Below are positions 1-9,122 of a stretch of DNA of 64,000 nt, in pieces. Positions within the stretch are counted from its first letter, which is position 1, and the number at the start of each line of letters is the position of its first letter. The stretch spans positions 84,180 to 148,179 of the forward strand of contig CAYGNH010000008.1 of NCBI GenBank assembly GCA_964351315.1, in the 5' to 3' direction. The position numbers and the translations under genes are program-made. The notes beneath the pieces are model-generated. The model made no database searches. It was not told the origin of the DNA and saw only the letters and a program-made list of their open reading frames with translations. The stretch is from an uncultured Pseudobdellovibrionaceae bacterium (lineage in GTDB: Bacteria > Bdellovibrionota > Bdellovibrionia > Bdellovibrionales > JAGQZY01).

Positions 1-30
1 AAGTCGATTTTTGAGGCTGGCCTTCGAATT

Positions 31-972
31 TTGGATCATTTGAGTTATGAACCTTTGTTTGAAGATGTTCGATTGATAACCGCCCACTTTGATTTGTCAG
101 CAGACAGTGAGTCTTTGAGGAAATTAGTTATTAAATTTTTTAGAGAAAAAGCAAAAGTTGATGGATTTCAGTTTTGTGAGCCTCTTGTAGATATTTTTCA
201 AGAAAAAAATAGCTTTACTAAAATTAAAAAAATCCTCGATTTTTACTTCCAAATTTATGACGACAGGTCCTTACTTTTATTGAAAAAGGCCTATGAACAC
301 TTTGTAAGCCTTCATTCCCCGTTACAGTTTTATGCTTTTATTAGCGAAAGCTGTGATCTGCCTCTTTTAGATGCCATAAAAGATGTTGGCTATTCAGAGC
401 AAGAGGCACGATTTGAAGAGGCTTTGTCCAAGGGCCAGGCCACAAGTAAAGTTTGGGCTTTGGAGCAGATTAAACGTTTGGATTTGAATCTTAATTCGGC
501 AATTGTTCTTTGTGGTTGGTATGGTCTTTTGCCGAACCTCTTGTTAAACGCCGGTTTTGAGAGTGTCGTAAATATTGATATTGATTTCGAATGTGAACCA
601 TTGGCGAAAAGGTTAAACCTAGAGGCCTATCACAGTGACAAGTTTCAGGCCGTGACTCGAGATATTTTTGATTTAGATTACCAAAATTTCGATATTTCAT
701 TTCATAGTGGCAACAAACAGGTTCAGCAATTTGATCTTTTAATCAACACTTCTTGCGAACATATTTCTAACTTTAAACAATGGTATGAAATGATCCCAGA
801 AGGTCAGTTGGTCTTGTTGCAATCCAACGATTTCTTCGCATGTGATGAACATGTCAACTGTGTGAATTCCACCGCCGAGTTTAGAGATCAAACTCCTATG
901 CAAAAGCGGCTGTTCTCAGGAGCCTTACCCTTAGAGAAATACACTCGCTACATGGTTATTGGTTACAAGTAA
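31..972 (+). CDS. Hypothetical protein, class I SAM-dependent methyltransferase-like
   Basis: 313-aa ORF. 'VLCGWYGLLP' (motif I-like), 'NIDID' and 'FDLLINTSCEH' resemble Rossmann-fold methyltransferase motifs. It has a TTG start at 31, but the frame is open back to nt 1, so the gene may begin upstream of the window. Confidence 0.45.
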   Translation: MDHLSYEPLFEDVRLITAHFDLSADSESLRKLVIKFFREKAKVDGFQFCEPLVDIFQEKNSFTKIKKILDFYFQIYDDRSLLLLKKAYEHFVSLHSPLQFYAFISESCDLPLLDAIKDVGYSEQEARFEEALSKGQATSKVWALEQIKRLDLNLNSAIVLCGWYGLLPNLLLNAGFESVVNIDIDFECEPLAKRLNLEAYHSDKFQAVTRDIFDLDYQNFDISFHSGNKQVQQFDLLINTSCEHISNFKQWYEMIPEGQLVLLQSNDFFACDEHVNCVNSTAEFRDQTPMQKRLFSGALPLEKYTRYMVIGYK

Positions 973-974
973 TT

Positions 975-2108
975 TCAATACCCAGATTCGGGCTCTAAAT
1001 CAGTATTCGTATTATTTTGGGTGGGGCAGCCTCTTTCATCAACATAGTTTTGCGCCCACGTGTTTGGACACTGGTCGATGGGGTCTGGAACGCCATCTTG
1101 ATCGCTGTCTTCTGTGTTTGACTGAGGTTCGGTTTCTGGAAACTCCTGAGGCTGATAAACTCGGTAGGGTTCGGAAGAACCGTTCGACTGGGCGCTTTGT
1201 AAGAAGCCATGTCGAAAGTTAAAGCCCAGGAAGGCGCGAATATCGGGGGAGCCTAAACCATGATATGCTTCGGTCCCTACTCCGCCGTGCAGATCAAATG
1301 CTTCGGTGGCACGCCAGCGGTAGCTTAACAAGAACTCTAAATTACTGACCTGCCGATCGGTCGGCAGAGAGAAGTCTTCGGTGGGGTAGCTACCAAAAAC
1401 TTCACCAATGATAGCCGACCCCTTGTCGTTGGTTTGGTAAGCCAATGCTGATGAGTAGATCACTTGGTCCGACATGGGAGTTACGCCGGTGTTTGGGATG
1501 GGTCTGCCATCCTGTCGCATGCGGTATCCGACGTTGATGGCCCAAAGCCAGTTCGCTGAAATTTTGAAATCAACGACACCTTCGAAATTAAAGGATGGGC
1601 CGGCGTCGTCTCCGGCAAAAGGGTTGTTTTTGATTTGTTCAAAATCGGCGCCAGAGACAAAAGCAAGACCCCATGATTTTTCATTCACTAGTCGGACCTT
1701 GGTGGTTAGCATGATGTCGTTCACGCCAGTGTCCCCATAACTGAAAAGAAAGTTGGACTGGTCGATGTCTTGGGAGTTGATGAAGCCAGCGCCTAGTCCT
1801 ATCTCCCAACCCTCAATAATCCCCAGACCCAAGTGTAAGTTGGAATAGAGAAGCCGATCATTGGGTTCGGAAAAAGCCTGATTGTTTGGAGCCCCTGAAA
1901 CAATCGAATAAGCCAATGAGTTTGTGGTGTAGTTCAGGAATGTTCCCGCGTTGACTTGTAGGGGATCCAGAGTCTGGCTAGAGAAAACAGTAACAAAATC
2001 CAATCCGTTGGGGTTAGGGTTGAAGTTCTGCAGGTCAGAGCCTCGAACATTGGCAAAGAGTGGTGTCGTAAACAGCAAAATTGAAAGAAGAATTGTCTTA
2101 AACATCAA
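975..2108 (-). CDS. Outer-membrane beta-barrel-like protein with C-terminal thrombospondin type-3-like Asp-rich repeat
   Basis: Signal peptide MMFKTILLSILLFTTPLFA. The body is rich in alternating aromatic and small residues. The C-terminus 'DSDQDGVPDPIDQCPNT..VDERGCP' looks like the TSP3 calcium-binding repeat found in OmpA-family linkers. No OmpA domain follows. Confidence 0.55.
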   Translation of the reverse strand: MMFKTILLSILLFTTPLFANVRGSDLQNFNPNPNGLDFVTVFSSQTLDPLQVNAGTFLNYTTNSLAYSIVSGAPNNQAFSEPNDRLLYSNLHLGLGIIEGWEIGLGAGFINSQDIDQSNFLFSYGDTGVNDIMLTTKVRLVNEKSWGLAFVSGADFEQIKNNPFAGDDAGPSFNFEGVVDFKISANWLWAINVGYRMRQDGRPIPNTGVTPMSDQVIYSSALAYQTNDKGSAIIGEVFGSYPTEDFSLPTDRQVSNLEFLLSYRWRATEAFDLHGGVGTEAYHGLGSPDIRAFLGFNFRHGFLQSAQSNGSSEPYRVYQPQEFPETEPQSNTEDSDQDGVPDPIDQCPNTWAQNYVDERGCPTQNNTNTDLEPESGY

Positions 2109-2368
2109 AAAGTCACTCCGCCTTTTTTCGGAAAGTTGTCACCACCCAGCGGTCGAAGATTGGTTTCAATAAAAAATAGGGTCGTGCCCAGAGAGGCTGG
2201 AACCCGACAAGGCAGATCGTTTTGATAAGCTTCAGCCATTAAGGTGTCCTTTGTGGAGACTTAGAAAAATTATGACTGAGGCCGTATCATAATGCAATCC
2301 AGCTATAGGTGCTTGCGCCATAATCGTTACATAATAGTGTTAGAGCGAAGAGCAGAAACAAGTAACAA

Positions 2369-3193
2369 TTAAGTGGTCATTGTTTCCACATTGTTATCCG
2401 ATTGAACGCGCTGGACAGCCTGCTTTGGGGTTGAGCTTTTTTTGAATTCCAAGATCAAATGCCCCTGCAGTAAAAGCTTTGGATCGATCATGTGTTTAAA
2501 CACTTCCCGGCCGGTGGATTGATTTCTGGTTTTGCGAACAAAACGACGGTAGGTCTTAAAGCTAAAAAATAAAATAAAAGGATACAAAAGGGGAAACAAA
2601 AACAGCGAGGTGTAGTTCAGGCGCGCGGGATGCAACTTTTGAAAATCAAGACCCGAAAGTAGCCCAAACAGTCGCAGTCGCAAAAAACCGGTCAGAAACA
2701 CGTGTCCAAAATACAGATCATTGTTTTTTCCGCTCAACCAAATGCTATCGACTTCGTTGGCCGGCATGATTCGCCCAAAGGCTTCGCTTTCGGTTAGTAA
2801 GTAGCTCATTCGTGACTTGAGGCTGGAGTAGTTGGGCGTGGTCATTAACAGCCGCCCGTTTAATTTTAAAATACGGGACAGTTCATTAAAAACAAAATCT
2901 TGGTTGCCAACGTGTTCGATTCCCTCTTGGCACAAAATCAGGTCAAAATGATCGCTTTCAAACGGAAGAGGCTTTGATAAATCGGCTTTGAGAACAGTGG
3001 CACCCTCAAAGCGATTCAGCTCGGGAAACAAATCGGCTCCCACGGGGGCGTAACCCGCTTCTTGTAAAACCTGCAGAGATACACCATTGCCCGATGGGAA
3101 ATCCAAAGCCTTTTTCCCAGACCCCATAAAGTCTTTAGAGAGAAGGACTTGCTTCAAATGCCACTTAATATCTTTGGTCCCTGTCCACTTCAT
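2369..3193 (-). CDS. Class I SAM-dependent methyltransferase with hydrophobic C-terminal tail
   Basis: 'ALDFPSGNGVS' (motif I), 'DLILCQEGIEH' and 'LKLNGRLLMTTPN' are methyltransferase type-11-like. The C-terminal 'LFLFPLLYPFILFFSF' looks like a transmembrane segment. Confidence 0.6.
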   Translation of the reverse strand: MKWTGTKDIKWHLKQVLLSKDFMGSGKKALDFPSGNGVSLQVLQEAGYAPVGADLFPELNRFEGATVLKADLSKPLPFESDHFDLILCQEGIEHVGNQDFVFNELSRILKLNGRLLMTTPNYSSLKSRMSYLLTESEAFGRIMPANEVDSIWLSGKNNDLYFGHVFLTGFLRLRLFGLLSGLDFQKLHPARLNYTSLFLFPLLYPFILFFSFKTYRRFVRKTRNQSTGREVFKHMIDPKLLLQGHLILEFKKSSTPKQAVQRVQSDNNVETMTT

Positions 3194-3316
3194 CGGGGTG
3201 ACCCTGCCTTTTGAATCCTGAAATTTTTCAATTTAAATTTCTTTAACACAAATAGGTGCGAAAGCGCCACATAGATGCTTAGAAGCTAAAAGTTCATAAG
3301 GGTCTGAAAATCAAAG

Positions 3317-3409
3317 TGGCGGAGGAGGGGGGATTCGAACCCCCGGTACGGGTTGACCCCGCACGGCTGTTTAGCAAACAGCTGGTTTCAGCCACTCACC
3401 CACTCCTCC
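3317..3409 (-). tRNA. tRNA-Ser (anticodon GCU), encoded CCA
   Basis: The reverse complement folds as a 93-nt cloverleaf. Acceptor is GGAGGAG/CTCCTCC, anticodon stem GCTGT/ACAGC with loop TTGCTAA, a long variable arm, and T-loop GGTTCGAATCC. Confidence 0.9.
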
Positions 3410-3519
3410 AACAAAAAACTGTATTCGGTTCACCCTGAACGGCAAACGGCATACAGCACGGTAGACTGTGTACTGAGTGAAAGAAACTGCCACTACCCTC
3501 AATTTTAATCAAGTCTGGA

Positions 3520-4107
3520 TTAGTAATTCTCGGGAAAAATGGCCCGCTCGACGGTCTCAATCACGGTGTGAATTAGCTTGATGTGGACCTCTTGAATGCG
3601 ATCGCTGGTTTGGGCGGGAACGACAATGGCCAGATCTGCTAAATCTTTTAGTTTTCCACCGCTTTTTCCAAGCAGTGCCACGGTTTTGATACCCTTGCCC
3701 TTGGCTGATTCGAAGGCGTTGATCACGTTTTGAGAGTTTCCGCTGGTGGACAGACCAATCAACACATCGCCTTTTCGGCCCAAACCTTCAATTTGGCGGG
3801 AGAACACGAATTCAAATCCGTAGTCATTACTGACACAGGTGGTGTGGGCCGCATCGCCAAGAGCCAGGGCTCCTAAGGGGGCACGGTCATCACGGAATCG
3901 ACCGGTCATTTCTTCAGCGAAATGCATCGCATCACAATGCGAGCCGCCATTGCCACAGCTGAAAACAGTGCCTTCATTTTGGTAGCAATGGATTAGCAAC
4001 GCACTGAAATCCTCACATTTTGCTAAGTTCTCGGGATCAGAAATGAAGGAAGACAAAACCTCTTGGGCTTCTGACAAACAGTTCTTCCAAACCATGGAGT
4101 TGTTCAT
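3520..4107 (-). CDS. gmhA: D-sedoheptulose-7-phosphate isomerase (SIS domain; GmhA/DiaA family)
   Basis: 195 aa. 'CGNGGSHCDAMHFAEEMTGRF', 'SNDYGFEFVFSRQ' and 'LIGLSTSGNSQNVI' are typical GmhA SIS-domain motifs. Confidence 0.85.
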   Translation of the reverse strand: MNNSMVWKNCLSEAQEVLSSFISDPENLAKCEDFSALLIHCYQNEGTVFSCGNGGSHCDAMHFAEEMTGRFRDDRAPLGALALGDAAHTTCVSNDYGFEFVFSRQIEGLGRKGDVLIGLSTSGNSQNVINAFESAKGKGIKTVALLGKSGGKLKDLADLAIVVPAQTSDRIQEVHIKLIHTVIETVERAIFPENY

Positions 4108-4199
4108 TTGCGGCTCCTTTTAGAAACTTTCTAAACCCCTGGGGAATCAAAGACAAGGGCTTGTTTTAAGTGGGAAAATGCCTTAAAACCTCCCTTCGT

Positions 4200-4276
4200 G
4201 CGCTGGTAGCTCAGCTGGATAGAGTACTTGACTACGAATCAAGTGGTCGGGAGTTCGAATCTTCCCCAGCGCGCCA
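4200..4276 (+). tRNA. tRNA-Arg (anticodon ACG), encoded CCA
   Basis: 77-nt cloverleaf. Acceptor is GCGCTGG/CCAGCGC, anticodon stem CTTGA/TCAAG with loop CTACGAA, and T-arm GGGAG-TTCGAAT-CTTCC. Confidence 0.92.
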
Positions 4277-4320
4277 TTTTTAAGGGCATCCTTCCGGGTG
4301 CCTTTAAAAGTGGGGTCCCT

Positions 4321-4827
4321 ATGACTACGAAAGTCGCCATTAAGCTCGCGGCCCTTCTGACCGCTCTCACCTTTACCATTTGTGCGATCATTTGGATGAA
4401 AAATGGCCATATGAATGCGTTTTGGACCAGCCTAGGTTTTGAGACCGGTGATCGCATCAGCTGGTGCTCCGAGCGTGTCCAATCCATGTATCACTTTGAA
4501 TCGGGCTCTAAACTATTAGAAAAAGACGGGAAATGGCTGTGGCAGGACAAAGATAAGTCCGAAAAAGAGCTAGATTATTTGCGTGTTGAAAAGTGGTTCG
4601 CTCGCTATTGCCAGGTGCCCTTTGCAGAAATCTCGGACTCGGATGAGTGGGAGTCCTCTAACCAGAAGCCCCTTTTTGAAGTGGCTTTCATAGATTCGGA
4701 TCGTTCTACAATCTTTGGGCGGTCCGATGAGGGTACCGTTTTTAAGATTCAAAACCGAGAGTTTCAATCAGAAACTTTGCGCAATGGCCTTCAAGAACTT
4801 CTCGCATTTGGCGACGAAATAAAGTAA
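4321..4827 (+). CDS. Hypothetical membrane-anchored protein
   Basis: The listed ORF 4228..4827 begins inside tRNA-Arg. The internal ATG at 4321 gives 'MTTKVAIKLAALLTALTFTICAIIW' (N-terminal TM or signal anchor) plus a soluble domain. It lies between two tRNA genes. Confidence 0.5.
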   Translation: MTTKVAIKLAALLTALTFTICAIIWMKNGHMNAFWTSLGFETGDRISWCSERVQSMYHFESGSKLLEKDGKWLWQDKDKSEKELDYLRVEKWFARYCQVPFAEISDSDEWESSNQKPLFEVAFIDSDRSTIFGRSDEGTVFKIQNREFQSETLRNGLQELLAFGDEIK

Positions 4828-4845
4828 ATAAATAGGTTCAATTGT

Positions 4846-4920
4846 TCAGGAGTAGCTCAGTGGTAGAGCAAGCGGCTGTTAACCGCTTGGTCGGGGGTTC
4901 GAATCCCTCCTCCTGAGCCA
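4846..4920 (+). tRNA. tRNA-Asn (anticodon GUU), encoded CCA
   Basis: 75-nt cloverleaf. Acceptor is TCAGGAG/CTCCTGA, anticodon stem AGCGG/CCGCT with loop CTGTTAA, and T-loop GGTTCGAATCC. Confidence 0.92.
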
Positions 4921-4967
4921 TTTTCTAACTCTTGAATATTCCTCTGAAATTTAAAAAGAGCATTTTG

Positions 4968-5423
4968 TTAAATCGAACTCTTTTGGGATGTGCGAAACAT
5001 CCAATAGCCGACAAGTATATAGAACAAAGCTCCATTAAGTTTAAAAAATACACTACCAATGGTTTTCGTTGTTTCTGTTCCAAATATTTGAACTAGCAAT
5101 GCGACAATAACCAAGCCATAGGTAAATCCTATTAAATTAATCACAACAGTTGCGGGAAAAGAAAGACAGATATAGCGAGCTATAAAAGATGAATCATCGC
5201 CTTTTTTATTAATGTAAAATACACAGCCGACCCCTAAAATATAGGTCGCTAATTTTAAGTAGGTCGCTTGGCCAGAGGGTGAGTAACTGACAGACGGCAA
5301 GAGGAGGTCACATAGATAGGAAAAGATAAAAGGTAAAGTCAGATAAAAAAGTTTATGTAATTCTGGAACACTGTCGTTTTTAAGCTGCTCTACTAGCCTT
5401 GAACCTCTAATTAAAACTATCAT
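4968..5423 (-). CDS. Hypothetical integral membrane protein
   Basis: 151 aa with about 4 hydrophobic segments (for example 'ATYILGVGCVFYI' and 'VVINLIGFTYGLVIVALLVQIF'). I recognise no family motif. Confidence 0.45.
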   Translation of the reverse strand: MIVLIRGSRLVEQLKNDSVPELHKLFYLTLPFIFSYLCDLLLPSVSYSPSGQATYLKLATYILGVGCVFYINKKGDDSSFIARYICLSFPATVVINLIGFTYGLVIVALLVQIFGTETTKTIGSVFFKLNGALFYILVGYWMFRTSQKSSI

Positions 5424-5673
5424 GCCCCGAGTATAACAATTTGATAAAAGAGTACGTAGACTAAATTTGCTACAAAAAGGGTATCTGGACTAAAGGGCTG
5501 GCTTGGAGCTGTAAGAAAGTTCTAAAATCGACAACGAAGCTGAGCCATTTTTTCTCTCTAAAATCTCGCCACTAATTAGCAGACAAATTCGCTTTGATTG
5601 TATTGTGGCGATGGGAACGAGTGCTCTTCGGGCTTAATAACCGTTTTCGATTCCTAATCGAGTTTAAAGGTTT

Positions 5674-6222
5674 CTAGGGTCGGGATAGGAAATCGCTTTT
5701 AATGGTCGCGTACAAATAGCAATCGATGAATTGTCCTCGTACCTTCAAGCCTTGGCGGAGGGTGCCTTCGCGTTTCAGGCCCGATTTTTCTAAAACATGA
5801 ACCGAGGCTTGGTTTTCGGGGACGACAAGGGCCCAAATGCGGTTAAGCTCGAGGTCTTCGAAACCGAATTTAATGATGGCTTGGCAGGCTTCGGTGCCGA
5901 GGCCCTTTCCCCAAGAACCCCTGGCTAAGGAATACCCAATGGCGCCTTCATTATTGGGGGTGGGTTGGATGCGTATCCCGGCTCCGCCGATATGATGCTT
6001 TGTTGCTTTTTCGATGAGAGCGAACTCAAAAGTTTTGCGAGGAATATCTTTTTGCTGGTTGATCGTGAGTTTTAGGAAAAACCGAGTGTCTTCCTCAGTG
6101 TTCGGGCCCCAACTTTGAAACTCGCTGACGACAGGGTCTTCAGCATAAGCGTGGCAGGATGGAAAGTCATCCAGGGTGAATTCTCTGAAAACAAGGCGGT
6201 CGGTTTCAATAGTAGGACTCAT
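5674..6222 (-). CDS. GNAT family N-acetyltransferase (RimJ/RimL-like)
   Basis: 'ETDRLVFREFTLDDF', 'GYSLARGSWGKGLGTEA' (acetyl-CoA-binding Q/RxxGxG/A-like) and 'NQASVHVLEKSGLKREG'. I chose the start at the internal ATG (MSPTIE) so it does not overlap the upstream gene that ends at 6227. Confidence 0.75.
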   Translation of the reverse strand: MSPTIETDRLVFREFTLDDFPSCHAYAEDPVVSEFQSWGPNTEEDTRFFLKLTINQQKDIPRKTFEFALIEKATKHHIGGAGIRIQPTPNNEGAIGYSLARGSWGKGLGTEACQAIIKFGFEDLELNRIWALVVPENQASVHVLEKSGLKREGTLRQGLKVRGQFIDCYLYATIKSDFLSRP

Positions 6223-6226
6223 GTCA

Positions 6227-7039
6227 CTAATACAGCTGGGTGTAGGATTGGAATTCAAAATTTACAGTGGCTTGATTTTTTGAAAACTCAATGAGGTCAC
6301 TTAAATCAGAGATTGGTTCGCTAATAGGGAGGCCTGCCAGATCCTCAAGGTTGGAGTAAACGATGTAATCGCCTTCGGCTTCAACCATAGACAAATTTAA
6401 TTCAAGGGGGATGCCCTTGGCGACGAAAAGGGACGTCAAATGGTGGTGGAAAAGATTGTTTTCATAAAGTGCTGTTTCGAAAGTTTTCTTCGCCCGTTCT
6501 AAATCACTGATCAGGTAGGGGTCACGAATAAGAAATTCACCAGTGTGGAAGCCGAGCTGACCATCTAGCGAAAGATTTTCGCCCGCTAAAAATATCAGCG
6601 TGCAGGCCGACAGGCACATTCGTCGCACGGGAACCCATGTGTCGAGTTTGCGGTCTTGAACATACTGGGCGATTTTTATAGCTTCCGACATAGAGCCCCC
6701 TTGCGAGCTAAGGGTGAGTTTTGTAATGTCTGGATGCTTTTCAAGCCAACCAATAAGGTTCTCAGCCGACCCTGGAGGCAAGGGTCCTTTGAAGGCCATC
6801 GTCTTTTCTCCATTCACTTCTAAAATTCCGATTTCATATGAGCCCAGAGAAATAAGGGCAAGGTTGTCGTAGTACTCTTGATCGACATCACGGCAGTCAC
6901 CATTATCCACATGAGCGGGGGTGCAGACGTAAACTCCAGTAATGGAGTTTTCAGAATATTCATAAAGCTCTTTGGTGATTTTAATGTCTTGGCTGAACAA
7001 ATGAGCACTAAGACCAATAACAAGAAGTAAAATAGACAA
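6227..7039 (-). CDS. Periplasmic ClpP/crotonase-fold protein (COG3904-like, possible serine peptidase)
   Basis: TTG start preceded by a GGGGGGG Shine-Dalgarno-like run, then a signal-like N-terminus. 'LSSQGGSMSEAIKIAQYV' parallels ClpP 'SPGGSVTAGLAIYDTM'. 'CLSACTLIFLAGE' parallels the ClpP nucleophile segment 'AASMGAFLLAAG'. Confidence 0.45.
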   Translation of the reverse strand: MSILLLVIGLSAHLFSQDIKITKELYEYSENSITGVYVCTPAHVDNGDCRDVDQEYYDNLALISLGSYEIGILEVNGEKTMAFKGPLPPGSAENLIGWLEKHPDITKLTLSSQGGSMSEAIKIAQYVQDRKLDTWVPVRRMCLSACTLIFLAGENLSLDGQLGFHTGEFLIRDPYLISDLERAKKTFETALYENNLFHHHLTSLFVAKGIPLELNLSMVEAEGDYIVYSNLEDLAGLPISEPISDLSDLIEFSKNQATVNFEFQSYTQLY

Positions 7040-7267
7040 AATCCCCCCCTAATTGACCTTCGCAAGAGTAAAAGTTCCTGGTCGAGCATTGTAGGAAATT
7101 TGAAAGAAGTGAAAAAACTACTGTTGGGCCCTATGAAATTTAGTAATCGATCAGGTCGCAAAAGATAAGAGGAGACTGTTTTTTAAAGTGGGAGTGAGTT
7201 CCCTTAGGGGCTGGGTGCAAGCCGGCTGTCCGGTCTGCAAAGGATAAAAAGGTTTTTACCTATCCCT

Positions 7268-8050
7268 TCAATTGCTTTCTGACCACAACCCGAGCCACTT
7301 ATTAAAAAGAGTGGTCTGATTTTTTGATTTTAAATAGGTTTTGAGCCAGCTGTTGACTACTATTTTTAGGTAGGGATCTTTTGGCAAATAAATAGCCATT
7401 TGCTCTTCTGTGAGAGGGTGATTCATGGTTGGGCACAGCCGGCCTTTGTGTTTCTGCGACTGGTAGTAAACCTCAACGGAGTCGGTGATCATCACATCGG
7501 CTCTCCCCTCTAAGATCTGTTGAAAAATTGTATTGTTGTTTGGGTGAAGATTGATTTTTGCCTTTTTTATATTTTCTTTAGCAAAACTCTCGTTGGTGCC
7601 TCCTGGGTTGACGATCACCCGAGTCGAAGGTTGGTCGATTTTTTGTAAATGATCGAACATTTTGGTTTGGCGACATTGAGCGATGGGCATTTTCCCGAAG
7701 TTCAGATAACTTTTTGAAAAGAAACCCTCTTTTTTACGCTCTGAATTGACAGTGATTCCGCTCATAGCGATATGAAATTTGTTTTGGTTTAAGTCTTCGC
7801 TAAGACTCGCCCACGTCGTTTTAACGAAGATCACTTTGACGTCCATTGAGGCAGCAAAACTTTTTGCCATGGCAATATCAATGCCCTGAAATTCCCCATC
7901 GATCCATTCGCTAAAGGGTGCGTAATCTCCGGTAGTGCCAACCTTTAAAATCCCCGAGTTCGAGATCTCATCTAAAACTTTGGACTCTAAAGGTCGGTTA
8001 ACAGCGCACTGAACCAAGAAGAGGCTCATAAAGAAACAAAAAATCTTCAT
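7268..8050 (-). CDS. Family-3 solute-binding protein / cyclohexadienyl dehydratase-like periplasmic protein
   Basis: 'LKVGTTGDYAPFSE', 'GIDIAMAKSFAASMDVKV' and 'KFHIAMSGITVNSERKK' are typical of SBP_bac_3 / PheC-like proteins. The ATG at 8050 gives the signal 'MKIFCFFMSLFLVQC', a lipobox-like LVQC. The longer ORF uses an upstream TTG. Confidence 0.65.
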   Translation of the reverse strand: MKIFCFFMSLFLVQCAVNRPLESKVLDEISNSGILKVGTTGDYAPFSEWIDGEFQGIDIAMAKSFAASMDVKVIFVKTTWASLSEDLNQNKFHIAMSGITVNSERKKEGFFSKSYLNFGKMPIAQCRQTKMFDHLQKIDQPSTRVIVNPGGTNESFAKENIKKAKINLHPNNNTIFQQILEGRADVMITDSVEVYYQSQKHKGRLCPTMNHPLTEEQMAIYLPKDPYLKIVVNSWLKTYLKSKNQTTLFNKWLGLWSESN

Positions 8051-8112
8051 GGACCTATTAAACAACAAAAAAGCAGATCATCCAAGGTAGGAAAAATAGT
8101 GTTTCCAGAATC

Positions 8113-8787
8113 TTAAGATGCGAACTGCTGTTTGTAAATTTTTAATCTCTCGGGATTTGTATCCAGCTGAATACAGTGGGCAAAGGCCTCTTGGGCTTTG
8201 GTTTTCATGCCGAACTTATTGTAGGCAAAACCTAAACACGACCAGGCTTTGACGAAGTCAGGATAATCGACAGTGACCGTCTCGAGTAAATCGATGGCCC
8301 GTTCGGAGTCTAGATTCTTCCAAAACAAATGATAGGCTAACTCGAATTGAGCTAAGTGCCCAACCTCGCTACTTTCCATCAGCTTTTCAAGAATTAACTG
8401 TCCATTGATGTAATCGCCTTCAGTAATTGCTGTTTGCGCATAAACCAGTTCATCCCAATGGACAATTTTTTGGCTCAGCTGACCGCAAAGCTTGGCTTGC
8501 TGAATCCACGCCAGGATTTCTCCCTTGTTGTCGCCATGTAGGTAAGCGACCTCGGCTCGCAACAAATAGATGTCACTGGAGTCTGCTAAAACGTGACCCT
8601 CACGCAAGATCAACTGAATCAGGTCACGACAAGCCGCCATGTGCCCTTGCGCAAGCATGGTCTTCAACTGAAGCATGAGTGATTCCGGATTGGCGTGGCG
8701 CTTTAAAAAAGATCGAGCCGTATCGTAATAAAACCCCGACGATTCCGGCTCGATGAATGACAATATGTCTGTTTGCTTGATCCCCAA
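8113..8787 (-). CDS. Hypothetical TPR-like protein
   Basis: 224 aa. The C-terminal half ('AYHLFWKNLDSERAIDLLE..DFVKAWSCLGFAYNKFGMKTKAQEAF..CIQLD') looks like TPR repeats. Confidence 0.4.
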   Translation of the reverse strand: MGIKQTDILSFIEPESSGFYYDTARSFLKRHANPESLMLQLKTMLAQGHMAACRDLIQLILREGHVLADSSDIYLLRAEVAYLHGDNKGEILAWIQQAKLCGQLSQKIVHWDELVYAQTAITEGDYINGQLILEKLMESSEVGHLAQFELAYHLFWKNLDSERAIDLLETVTVDYPDFVKAWSCLGFAYNKFGMKTKAQEAFAHCIQLDTNPERLKIYKQQFAS

Positions 8788-9122
8788 TTAATCCCCCCCA
8801 GAATCGATGGTTCACCCCTTAAGAGCCAGTGCCAAATTGGAACCAACCCTGAGTTCGTTTTCATTTTATTATCATTAAATGTAAAGCCATTAATTCTTAT
8901 ACAAAGGATAGCATTTTATTTGCTTGTGAGAAGCCCCTGGGGCGACTCTGGTCGGGTTGTCGTGTGACAAAATTGTGTATTAATAACAAGAGGTTAAGAT
9001 AGCATGTAAAGTTTACACAAAATCCAGACTGTGGCGCAGAGCTGAATTCAAAAAATGAATGAAAAGATTTTACAATCGATGGCAAAGTAAGCCTGAAAAA
9101 AAAGTCTTTCTGGGGGCGCATT

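Noticed and set aside
4183-4410. ORFs 4183..4410(-), 4239..4487(-) and the 5' part of 4228..4827(+) overlapping tRNA-Arg
   Set aside because: They run through a canonical tRNA gene. The plus-strand ORF is better explained by the internal ATG at 4321.
6820-7161. 113-aa minus-strand ORF overlapping the 5' end of 6227..7039
   Set aside because: It is out of frame with, and largely overlaps, a gene that has its own strong RBS (GGGGGGG) and TTG start. Its translation has no features.
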